Positions 54,699-62,829 of a stretch of DNA of 64,000 nucleotides are shown one piece after another. This DNA comes from a virus: positions 1 through 64,000 of IMG/VR virus record IMGVR_UViG_3300034284_002648; one strand, given 5' to 3'. The position numbers and the translations under genes are program-made. Under the pieces are notes generated by a model. That model had not been told where the DNA came from. It made no database searches and worked only from the letters and a program-made list of their open reading frames with translations. The stretch's first letter is position 1; each line of letters starts with the position of its first letter.

Positions 54699-55378
54699 AT
54701 AAAAATTTTAGCCTTATTAATGTCTTTGATATGATTTATTTTTGTTATCTGTGTTTTGGGAATCATTACCTTGTCAAAACTAACAGATCTTTCCAAAAGC
54801 TTGTTAACTAATTCAAAGAAAAATAGTGTTTTTAGTTCGTGGGGCAATAACATATCTTTTACAATAGACATTGTTTCATTGTTAAGGTAGATGCACTCAG
54901 ACCACAAAACAGGCAGATCATAAAACAAATACTCTATAGAGTTCTGATCGGCACAACCTATATTAAAGTTGTTTTTTTTACCCTTAATCAAGAAAATGGA
55001 ATTATTTGATTTATTAAAGTTTTTAGCAAAATTAAATTTTGTTATAATACCATTATTAATAAAGATAGCTCCATTATTATTTTCTTTTTGTCTGATATAG
55101 GATACAACCGAAGTCATCTGACCACTAGTGTCGTATTGTTTATTTTCGAGTATTGATATGTTTTTAGGAGAAATTATTTTTGATGTTAGAATAGTTTTTT
55201 TAATTCTATCAGACTCAAAACCCGTGAGTAAATAGATGTGATTATTTTTATAAACTGACCTAAGAATAGAAATCTGATGTTCTATCAGGGTTTTGCCCCT
55301 GATTGTTATTAGTGCTTTTGGGCCAAAAGATTTCATACCTTTGGTTATTTCAGGTATAATCATTACTATATCAGTCAT
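54695..55378 (-). CDS. Sugar nucleotidyltransferase-fold protein (LicC/GlmU-N-like), degenerate signature
   Basis: MKSFGPKALITIRGKTLIEHQI..IYLLTGF..EN..Y are present; the canonical AAGxGxR is replaced by IPEITKG. Confidence 0.65.
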   Translation of the reverse strand: MTDIVMIIPEITKGMKSFGPKALITIRGKTLIEHQISILRSVYKNNHIYLLTGFESDRIKKTILTSKIISPKNISILENKQYDTSGQMTSVVSYIRQKENNNGAIFINNGIITKFNFAKNFNKSNNSIFLIKGKKNNFNIGCADQNSIEYLFYDLPVLWSECIYLNNETMSIVKDMLLPHELKTLFFFELVNKLLERSVSFDKVMIPKTQITKINHIKDINKAKIFI

Positions 55379-56102
55379 TATATAACACTAATTTGCACCC
55401 CGGATTATCTATAAAAAATGTATCTGTATCATAAAAAAACTTAGCTTTGTCACCACCAAGAATATTGTATGTGTCGTATGTCATAAATAGACCATCTAGA
55501 GCAGAGGTACTTTTCATATAAACGCCATAACTATGGTTGATCACAGATTCTGTATGAATTGTGTTCATAATATCGTCTAAGCTATTAAAAGAATCCTCTG
55601 TGGCTATATATAAGAATGAATTAGATTCATGCTTATTAACGACAACATCTACCCCAGAAATAATAGATATTACTTCATCTATGTGTGGCAGTATTTTATT
55701 AACTTTCCATGGAACTTTTATTTGTTGCTCAAAACTATGAACTGTCAAACCATCTACATTTTTACCAAAACATATTATATTTTTTGGATAAAAACTAGAT
55801 TTATTAACTTTATCTATAATATATGATATTGATTGATTGATTGTATCAAAATTTATAACTAGCGTATAATAAATTTTATTCTTAGCAAATATATAGTCTA
55901 TAATTTCTTGTTTATTGACTTTATCTTTATAAGTTTCTAATGTATTTTTGCCAAAAGCATATGAGCAACTGTAATTGCAGATGGTTTTGTTCTCGGAATC
56001 TACCAATATTTCAGGGTTATTTATTGCGTCCGGTATATCAAAAAAACACCACTTATCTTCTGAATTAAATATACATTTTTTACAATCGGTTGTATTATTC
56101 AT
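55371..56102 (-). CDS. Hypothetical protein with an N-terminal CxxC motif, possibly GT-A-like
   Basis: DCKKCIF..WC..C..C at the N-terminus followed by an alpha/beta region; operon context. Confidence 0.45.
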   Translation of the reverse strand: MNNTTDCKKCIFNSEDKWCFFDIPDAINNPEILVDSENKTICNYSCSYAFGKNTLETYKDKVNKQEIIDYIFAKNKIYYTLVINFDTINQSISYIIDKVNKSSFYPKNIICFGKNVDGLTVHSFEQQIKVPWKVNKILPHIDEVISIISGVDVVVNKHESNSFLYIATEDSFNSLDDIMNTIHTESVINHSYGVYMKSTSALDGLFMTYDTYNILGGDKAKFFYDTDTFFIDNPGCKLVLYND

Positions 56103-56485
56103 CAGTAGTTAATTTTCTTTAGTGTTAATGCTATTTTAAAATTTTCTTCTATCATCTTATATAGAACTATCTTTGGTTCTAGAGACACAATAAAATTAAT
56201 AATAGTCATAGGTTCAGTATAAAATTCTATAGTTTGTAGGAGCTTTAGGCCAGTTTCAACATCTATAGTATCTTTACATAGCGCATCAATAATCTTAGAA
56301 TAATCTATAATTTTAACTACTAGCTCACCATCTTGTCTTAATTTTTCTAGTAATAAATTGATTGTCGGTATTTTTTTATCTTTCTCTATACAATCAATAT
56401 CTTCAAGAACTATAGCTAATTGAGAAAAATCAGCAATATTGTTTAATGTATTAATGTTGTTTTTATTAATAGATAATAGATTCAT
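56102..56485 (-). CDS. Small degenerate class I methyltransferase-like protein
   Basis: LLEKLRQDGELVVKIID resembles the 'L..L.pgG.l.i..pD' MTase motif; no SAM-binding GxG motif is present. Confidence 0.4.
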   Translation of the reverse strand: MNLLSINKNNINTLNNIADFSQLAIVLEDIDCIEKDKKIPTINLLLEKLRQDGELVVKIIDYSKIIDALCKDTIDVETGLKLLQTIEFYTEPMTIINFIVSLEPKIVLYKMIEENFKIALTLKKINY

Positions 56486-57222
56486 AATTTAATTACCTTA
56501 GATAGTATTTTAGAGAATGTGGCAAAGTCATAATTTATTTTGGTATTATTTGCATGACTAATGTTGGAGGGTACGATTCTTTGATTTTTTAGAATATCAA
56601 TGGATGATATTGTTGAGCAACCAGCCGATAAAGCGACGATATTATCAATATAATTTTTGTATACAACAAGATTATAGTCAGCTAGACTGTTGATTAAACT
56701 ATAATAGTCTTTATGAGATGAAAAGTCAATCACATCTATATTAGTCTGTTTAAGTATGTGAGCTATATCTTTATAATTATTATTGTCAATAATTAATACT
56801 CTATCTCTTTTTGCAGATGGGTTTGATATTTTAATTTTAGGCAGAGCTATGTTTATATTTGTGTCAAATAAATCATTGTTTGATTCGATAAGATTGATTA
56901 TTGTAAATTTTTGTAGCCTATTTTTGATAAGAAAAATATCTTCTTTTTTCATGTAAGAAATGTCTGAATGTATAAATACAACTTTATCGTGCTCGCCAGA
57001 CATGTAATAATTTTGATATGAATCAGACATAATATATGATTGATAGTTATTAATTAATACCGATTTTAGAGTAAGGTATTCAGACACATCTGAATTATTT
57101 ATTCTGATAATTTTTTCTCCAAAAGCATGGTCTATTAATAGATCAAAAGATGAACCATTATTAATATAATGTATTAAAGAATTATTATTTTTACAATAGA
57201 GTTTATTATATAGCTTATTCAT
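56482..57222 (-). CDS. Degenerate GT-B glycosyltransferase-like protein
   Basis: LADYNLVVY...VALSAGCSTIS resembles EAMA.G.PVIS with the Glu lost. Confidence 0.45.
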   Translation of the reverse strand: MNKLYNKLYCKNNNSLIHYINNGSSFDLLIDHAFGEKIIRINNSDVSEYLTLKSVLINNYQSYIMSDSYQNYYMSGEHDKVVFIHSDISYMKKEDIFLIKNRLQKFTIINLIESNNDLFDTNINIALPKIKISNPSAKRDRVLIIDNNNYKDIAHILKQTNIDVIDFSSHKDYYSLINSLADYNLVVYKNYIDNIVALSAGCSTISSIDILKNQRIVPSNISHANNTKINYDFATFSKILSKVIKL

Positions 57223-58112
57223 ACAATGATCTTAGATATGCCTGTGGATTTATCATTTGAGTAAATTTGATTCATAGATTTGTTTTCAATAGGAAATACA
57301 TTTTTAAGTTTTTGATAGAGGTCGTGATCATCAAACTTATGGAAAAAATTGCAGCCACTATCAAACTTAAATAGTTTATTATGATAAGAAACTGTTTCTA
57401 TCTCATATCTCTTGTCTAAATTGTATTTTCCTATAATTCTTTTTCTTAGACTTAAAGCATAATAATATTCTAGATCAGATACAAAAACCGTGTTCATTTG
57501 CAACAAACAGTCAATTGTATTAATAATAGACATTCTAATATTATCATCGATAGTATCGTTAATGGATAGTATAATTTTAGATGATGACGGATCTATGTTC
57601 AATTGTCTATTAATATCCTCAATATATGAGAGTGTTTGATTTGTATCTTCGGATTCTATACCTAATAATAAAATAATATTATTTTGATGTTTGCTAGATT
57701 CATAAAAAACAGATATTAAATCCTTCAAGATACCTATGTCTTGTTTAAAATTTAAAATACATCCATACTTATAAAATTTATTAAATGCATTACTAATTTT
57801 TAAAGAGTCATTATTTGGCTTAAGATACATATTAAGTTTTATGCACTCTATGCCGTTGTTGTCTAATATATCTTTATGAAAATCATTTGATACACAAACA
57901 TGTGACACTAATTTGTATGATATTGGAAAATATAAATTTGTAACGCATGGAATATTAGGTATTAAAATATTTTGTTTATATTCTCTAGCTACAAAAATCT
58001 TGTTATAGTATGAAAATTGTAGAACGGTTTGTTGCGAAGGTTTTGCTTCTTCAACCAACTTGTCTGAAAAATAAGAAAACTTATCTCTAATGAGTAACAG
58101 ATTGCTATTCAT
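57219..58112 (-). CDS. Degenerate GT-B glycosyltransferase-like protein
   Basis: VCVSNDFHKDIL, LISVFYE..NIILLL and IDCLL..YALSLRKRII follow the GT4 layout without the catalytic motifs. Confidence 0.45.
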   Translation of the reverse strand: MNSNLLLIRDKFSYFSDKLVEEAKPSQQTVLQFSYYNKIFVAREYKQNILIPNIPCVTNLYFPISYKLVSHVCVSNDFHKDILDNNGIECIKLNMYLKPNNDSLKISNAFNKFYKYGCILNFKQDIGILKDLISVFYESSKHQNNIILLLGIESEDTNQTLSYIEDINRQLNIDPSSSKIILSINDTIDDNIRMSIINTIDCLLQMNTVFVSDLEYYYALSLRKRIIGKYNLDKRYEIETVSYHNKLFKFDSGCNFFHKFDDHDLYQKLKNVFPIENKSMNQIYSNDKSTGISKIIV

Positions 58113-59797
58113 GCGTGTGATTCTTTTATATGTGCGTATTCTATGAAATCTTCATTAATCTTATTGTTATTTTTTATAAAGCTTACAATAGTATTATTAT
58201 TACGAATAATTGTATTAAAATATTCAATTGCATCTTTCCATGAGTATGGAACAACTTTCTGATTATCGTTTTGATAACCCTGCGTCAGCTTTTGTAGTAT
58301 ATTTAATATAAAGTATGAGTCTATCGTATGGGTGCCATTTAAATAATTTGTACAGATATGTTGTAGCTTGGCTAGGTCAGGATCTTTTGAGCTATTGATA
58401 AGTTCTAGAGATAGAGGAGAATGTATTTTCCAGTCCTTTATTTGTTCATATTTATTGATAGGATCTTGTTGTTTTTGTTCAAAAAGCTTAGTGAGTCTAT
58501 TTTCCCATTTCAATATAATATTTTCCCAATTAAAATGTTTAATACATAATTCTCTGGTTTTTATTCTCTGTTGGAACTTCATCGGGTTGGGTATGTGGAT
58601 ATAGTCATAAAGTATATTAACTAAACTGTCATTATCTGGATAAGCTCTATATGCTTCTGTTTCCAGCTCTTTAAACATTGTTGCAATATTAACCGGATAT
58701 GCATTGAGCTTGGATACTATATCCTCCATAGCACTATATGGAATCGTTACTATCGGAACACCACAAGCAGCAGCTTCAACTTGAGGCATACCAAATCCTT
58801 CACATATAGAATATTGGATATAAAGATCGAAAGCGTTGTATATACCAACTAACTGCTCCTGTGTTACTCCAGCAGTAACAGAAGGAAAAGTAGCATGATT
58901 ATTACAATATATGCAATTTCTTGTTGAGCCGCTATAGACATCAGCAAAAACCTTATTGCAATTTTTGCACGTATATGTCAATAGTACCTTATTTAATAAT
59001 CTATTCTCTTTCAATAAAGACGGTATATTCCAGCCCAAATAGTCTGGATAACCAGTATGTAAATACAAGAATACCTTGTTTGCAAAAGGAGACTGTTCTT
59101 TTTCAAGTCTATCAACCAGTAATCTAAACGATTTAATTAATTCTGGTATTAATTTTCTTTTTTGATTTCTCATTACAGAGCCAAGAACAATACTGTCTGT
59201 AGGTATTGATAGTGATGCCTTGGAGGCATTAGTGTCGAGCATTGTATATTTTTGAGTATCTATACCCGGAGAAGCTGTATCTACATAGTTGATTGTATTA
59301 TTTGTTTGTTGTAACAAAATATCTCTAGCCCAATCAGAGTATGTAAAAATAGAATCAGCACCAGAATAAGTATCAAGCCACATCTCTTGTTGAGGATATG
59401 AATCCACAGTTGGCATAAGCATCCAATGATAACATTTCCTCATAGGAGAGAATGCTTGATAGGAATTCATCCAATAATCTCTGATATCAATAACTACATC
59501 TGGCTGAAAATCTAAAAGAGTTTTTTCAAATCTCCATCTACCAAATGCATTTTCTGCATTAGCAGAGTATTCTTGAAATCTACTATCGTTGCTTTTAACA
59601 GCATTAGCATAGTATCTCCAGGATATGTCTTTATCTCTAGGATCATTGACAAAACCATAGCAAGCCAATTCTGCCACATGAAATAGTGGATTTGAATGTA
59701 GTCTACTTAATAGTTCTTTTCCGTATACAGAATATCCGGTACTTAAAAAACTAGCTTCATTACATAACAAAATTTTCAGCCGCTGTTTTGTATTCAT
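58109..59797 (-). CDS. GT4 (GT-B) glycosyltransferase
   Basis: TGYS, PGID, VMRNQKRK and EGFGMPQVEAAACGVP (E-x7-E motif) are all intact; Zn-ribbon-like insertion CKNC...CIYC. Confidence 0.9.
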   Translation of the reverse strand: MNTKQRLKILLCNEASFLSTGYSVYGKELLSRLHSNPLFHVAELACYGFVNDPRDKDISWRYYANAVKSNDSRFQEYSANAENAFGRWRFEKTLLDFQPDVVIDIRDYWMNSYQAFSPMRKCYHWMLMPTVDSYPQQEMWLDTYSGADSIFTYSDWARDILLQQTNNTINYVDTASPGIDTQKYTMLDTNASKASLSIPTDSIVLGSVMRNQKRKLIPELIKSFRLLVDRLEKEQSPFANKVFLYLHTGYPDYLGWNIPSLLKENRLLNKVLLTYTCKNCNKVFADVYSGSTRNCIYCNNHATFPSVTAGVTQEQLVGIYNAFDLYIQYSICEGFGMPQVEAAACGVPIVTIPYSAMEDIVSKLNAYPVNIATMFKELETEAYRAYPDNDSLVNILYDYIHIPNPMKFQQRIKTRELCIKHFNWENIILKWENRLTKLFEQKQQDPINKYEQIKDWKIHSPLSLELINSSKDPDLAKLQHICTNYLNGTHTIDSYFILNILQKLTQGYQNDNQKVVPYSWKDAIEYFNTIIRNNNTIVSFIKNNNKINEDFIEYAHIKESHA

Positions 59798-59816
59798 TAT
59801 TTGTTGATATATATAT

Positions 59817-59850
59817 GAAAAAGGGCTATGTTATTAGCATAGCCCTCTTT
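59817..59850 (-). terminator. Rho-independent terminator after ssb
   Basis: On the minus strand AGGGCTATG-CTAATAA-CATAGCCCT is followed by TTTT. Confidence 0.75.
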
Positions 59851-59872
59851 CAAACACACTATTCCTAGTTTA

Positions 59873-60247
59873 TTAGAAAGCTACCGATTCTTCTTCCTTT
59901 GACTCGCTCTTCTTTGAAGACAGCTTAGTAATCTTAGAGAAATTATTTACGCGAATCTTTAGAGATGAATGCTTAACACCATCCTTTTCCCAAGAATCAT
60001 TTCTAATAGAACCTTCTACTAGAACTAGATCGCCCTTCTTAAAGGACTTGCCGATAATCTCCGCTCCAGTATCCCATGCTTCGCAAGGAATAAAAGACGT
60101 AATCTTATCCTTTGATCCATTTGCCTTGGTATATTCTCTAGAAGTCGCAACAGTAAAGTTAACAACTGAAGTTTCCTTACCATTACTGCTGATCGACCTT
60201 AGTTCCGGATCTCTTGCTAAATTTCCACGAATAATAACAATATTCAT
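59873..60247 (-). CDS. ssb: Single-stranded DNA-binding protein
   Basis: MNIVIIRGNLARDPELR..NFTVATSR..CEAW..KGDLVLVEGSIR; acidic tip ending in F; SD AAGGAG. Confidence 0.95.
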   Translation of the reverse strand: MNIVIIRGNLARDPELRSISSNGKETSVVNFTVATSREYTKANGSKDKITSFIPCEAWDTGAEIIGKSFKKGDLVLVEGSIRNDSWEKDGVKHSSLKIRVNNFSKITKLSSKKSESKEEESVAF

Positions 60248-60293
60248 CGTTTTGAACTCCTTGTTTAAAAACCAAATGTCCCAACACTACAGT

Positions 60294-60321
60294 ATTATAC
60301 AAATGGCTGACACCGAGTCAA
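60294..60321 (-). promoter_or_regulatory. Sigma70-type promoter for ssb
   Basis: Minus strand TTGACT-N16-TATAAT, ~46 nt upstream of the ssb ATG. Confidence 0.65.
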
Positions 60322-61934
60322 GCCATAGGTACATAACATTTTTCTACGATCAAGTCGCTTTTCTTGAAGGACTTGGCTCCTTTAAAAATCAGAATGTTTC
60401 CATCAAATAGCTGATTTCTGTATAACGATAGCTGTTCTGTAAAAAATATAACAGAGTCTATATAGCCGGTGCTATCGGTTATACTAACAAATGCCATTTC
60501 ATTACCCTTATTTTTCCCATTCTTAATCTTAATCACATTAACATTATCAATTTCACCAGCGACAATAATATTTTTTCTGTCGGAATCTTTGAACTCTTTA
60601 CATGTTGTATTAGTCATACTTATATCGTATGAATCTACTTTTGAATAGGTTAGATTTATTCCGAGCAGGTTGCTTTCATTATCACAGACCCACTCTATTT
60701 TGTCATCCAAAGAAAATGGAGGCTTGATAAGAGAAGAAATTAAACCTTGTAATATATTTTTACGATTTTGAGTTAGTTTTGGTTTCTTGACCAAAATATT
60801 CATTAGCTGTAAAGTATTGAACTGAGAGACATCAATTGATCTTAAATATTCTATCTCTTTGCTTGTTAGCTCACTCATAATCTCGTATTCAAAAAGCATA
60901 GAGGTTCTAGTTTTAGTAATATAACTGAATGCCCCACTACATATCAAAGCTTTTGCAGCGGTAGAATTGATATTTACTAATAGATTAAGCAGTATTTCTG
61001 ACCATGTAAGATGCTGTATGTCTAAATTTTTAGATAGATCCACAATCTTTTTATAAACCGAGTCGCCCACACCCTTTATGTCTGTAAGACCAAAGTGTAT
61101 TTTGTTGTTATGGATTACAAAAAATTGATTCAACAATCTATAATCTGGTACACAGATTTCTATATCCATATCTGTGGCATTTTTCACCAACTCTTTGATT
61201 TCTTGCTGGGGGTCTATTTTATCTTTTGCATATTTGAGATACGAAGCAAAGAAAATCTTAGGGAAGTGTGCTTTACTATATGCTGATAAATATGCGTTAA
61301 TAGCATAGCTTACGGCGTGAGATTTATTAAATGAGTATCGTTGAGATTTTTCAATCCAACTAAAAATTTGTTCAGCTTCATTTTCTGATGCTAAATTAGT
61401 TTTTTTGCACCCCTCTATAAATATCTTCTTAAGTTTTGCCATCTCTTCTGGTTTTTTCTTACCAATAGCTTTTCTTAACTGATCAGCTTCTTGAAGATCA
61501 AAACCAGCAATTTTCTGAGCTATTTCCATAGCCTGTTCTTGATATACCATCTCTCCGAAGGTGGTCTTAAGAATTGGCTCTAGGGCTGGATTAAAATAGT
61601 CTATAGATTCTTGGCCATTCTTTTTATCTATAAAGTGATTACTAACAGTTTTACCATCTCTAATAGCTTCCAAACATCCCGGTCTCATAATACTAATAAG
61701 AGCAGAAAGTTCTTCTATATTTGAGGGTTTGAGTTTTCTGGCCATGCTTTGCCCTAGGCGTGATTCTAGCTGAAAACATCCTTTGGTATTGCCAGAAGAC
61801 AACATTTCCCAAGTTCTACTGCATTCAAAATTTATGGCATCCATATTAATTGAAAAATCAATTTTTGGCATACCATCAGTGGATTTGTCGATAATAGGGA
61901 ATCGACAACCACAATCAAATGTATAATATTCCAT
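60318..61934 (-). CDS. dnaE: DNA polymerase III alpha, C-terminal half (fingers, HhH, OB)
   Basis: GCFQLES, MRPG, VYQEQAM, RKAIGKKK, YSFNKSHAVSYA, FGLTDIKGVG, MAFVSITDSTG. Confidence 0.9.
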   Translation of the reverse strand: MEYYTFDCGCRFPIIDKSTDGMPKIDFSINMDAINFECSRTWEMLSSGNTKGCFQLESRLGQSMARKLKPSNIEELSALISIMRPGCLEAIRDGKTVSNHFIDKKNGQESIDYFNPALEPILKTTFGEMVYQEQAMEIAQKIAGFDLQEADQLRKAIGKKKPEEMAKLKKIFIEGCKKTNLASENEAEQIFSWIEKSQRYSFNKSHAVSYAINAYLSAYSKAHFPKIFFASYLKYAKDKIDPQQEIKELVKNATDMDIEICVPDYRLLNQFFVIHNNKIHFGLTDIKGVGDSVYKKIVDLSKNLDIQHLTWSEILLNLLVNINSTAAKALICSGAFSYITKTRTSMLFEYEIMSELTSKEIEYLRSIDVSQFNTLQLMNILVKKPKLTQNRKNILQGLISSLIKPPFSLDDKIEWVCDNESNLLGINLTYSKVDSYDISMTNTTCKEFKDSDRKNIIVAGEIDNVNVIKIKNGKNKGNEMAFVSITDSTGYIDSVIFFTEQLSLYRNQLFDGNILIFKGAKSFKKSDLIVEKCYVPMA

Positions 61935-61937
61935 ACT

Positions 61938-62639
61938 TTATATGTTTGCTATATTAAAAGAATTCCTAAATTTTACTTTGGATGCTAATTTCCTATGCAG
62001 TTTCAAAAATCGAATTAGAATTTCAGCAGTGTCTTTTACATCTTTCAAAGCATCATGAGCACCCTCTTTACTAATACCAAGATAATCTCTTACATCATCT
62101 AGAGTATAGCTTTTAAGTTCTTTAGATCCTTCAAACCAATAAAATATAAGATTCATGATATCTATAACATCTCTTGGATAAAAAAGAGAAGAATTCCCTT
62201 CTTTATTCAAGTTTTTATATTTAGTGCTTAGATTTTGAACAATCTTTAAGTCAAACCTATTGATATTGTAGCCCGCTGCTATCGGTGCAGTAAAGCAGGA
62301 TTTTCTTTCTGAACGAATATGATACATCTCTAAATAAGATGTAAACATCTTCCATCCCGCCTCCTGTTTTGGAAAAGATTTCCAAGAATTAAGAATATCA
62401 TCTTTGGATGATCCTCTAACCTTAGCATGAAAATCTAAAACATCAGAATCCTCATACGCATAGCTACTATTTTTTTCCAGAGCATCTGGTCTTAGATTGA
62501 TATTAAATTCGGAATCTGGTATGATTTCTAATTTAAATGGATCTACGATAATAGCAGCTATTTGTACAGGACTACAAACATTCGGATCCTTGCCATCTGT
62601 CTCAAGGTCGAAGACACAAATTTTTTGATTATTAGCCAT
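61938..62639 (-). CDS. dnaQ: DnaQ-like DEDDh 3'-5' exonuclease
   Basis: ExoI FDLETDG, ExoII GYNINRFD, ExoIII HDALKD. Confidence 0.85.
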   Translation of the reverse strand: MANNQKICVFDLETDGKDPNVCSPVQIAAIIVDPFKLEIIPDSEFNINLRPDALEKNSSYAYEDSDVLDFHAKVRGSSKDDILNSWKSFPKQEAGWKMFTSYLEMYHIRSERKSCFTAPIAAGYNINRFDLKIVQNLSTKYKNLNKEGNSSLFYPRDVIDIMNLIFYWFEGSKELKSYTLDDVRDYLGISKEGAHDALKDVKDTAEILIRFLKLHRKLASKVKFRNSFNIANI

Positions 62640-62829
62640 TAATTACCACTGCTGTTCCTGGTGCGAAAAAAGTCTTATTGCCTGTGTTAGCCGTATCCTC
62701 TGCATTATAAGATTTGCAGCAACTAACCTTAATTAACTCTATCTTTCTGTATGTGGTGTCTGATCCTGGTACTTTAAACTCTTGACCAACACCTAGTTCA
62801 GAAAATAGTTTGTTCATAACTACCTCCAT
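62632..62829 (-). CDS. Small hypothetical protein (62-65 aa)
   Basis: Fills the gap between dnaE-N and dnaQ and overlaps both. A GGAGG SD precedes the second ATG (MNKLF, 62817). Confidence 0.6.
   Translation of the reverse strand: MEVVMNKLFSELGVGQEFKVPGSDTTYRKIELIKVSCCKSYNAEDTANTGNKTFFAPGTAVVING

Noticed and set aside
59873-59900. SSB tip EEESVAF differs from the canonical DDDIPF
   Set aside because: It is still acidic with a terminal Phe, and such variation is common in phage SSBs.
61934-62829. Split intein or group I intron interrupting dnaE
   Set aside because: No intein N- or C-terminal motifs are present. The interval is fully occupied by coupled dnaQ and a small ORF, leaving no room for a ribozyme.
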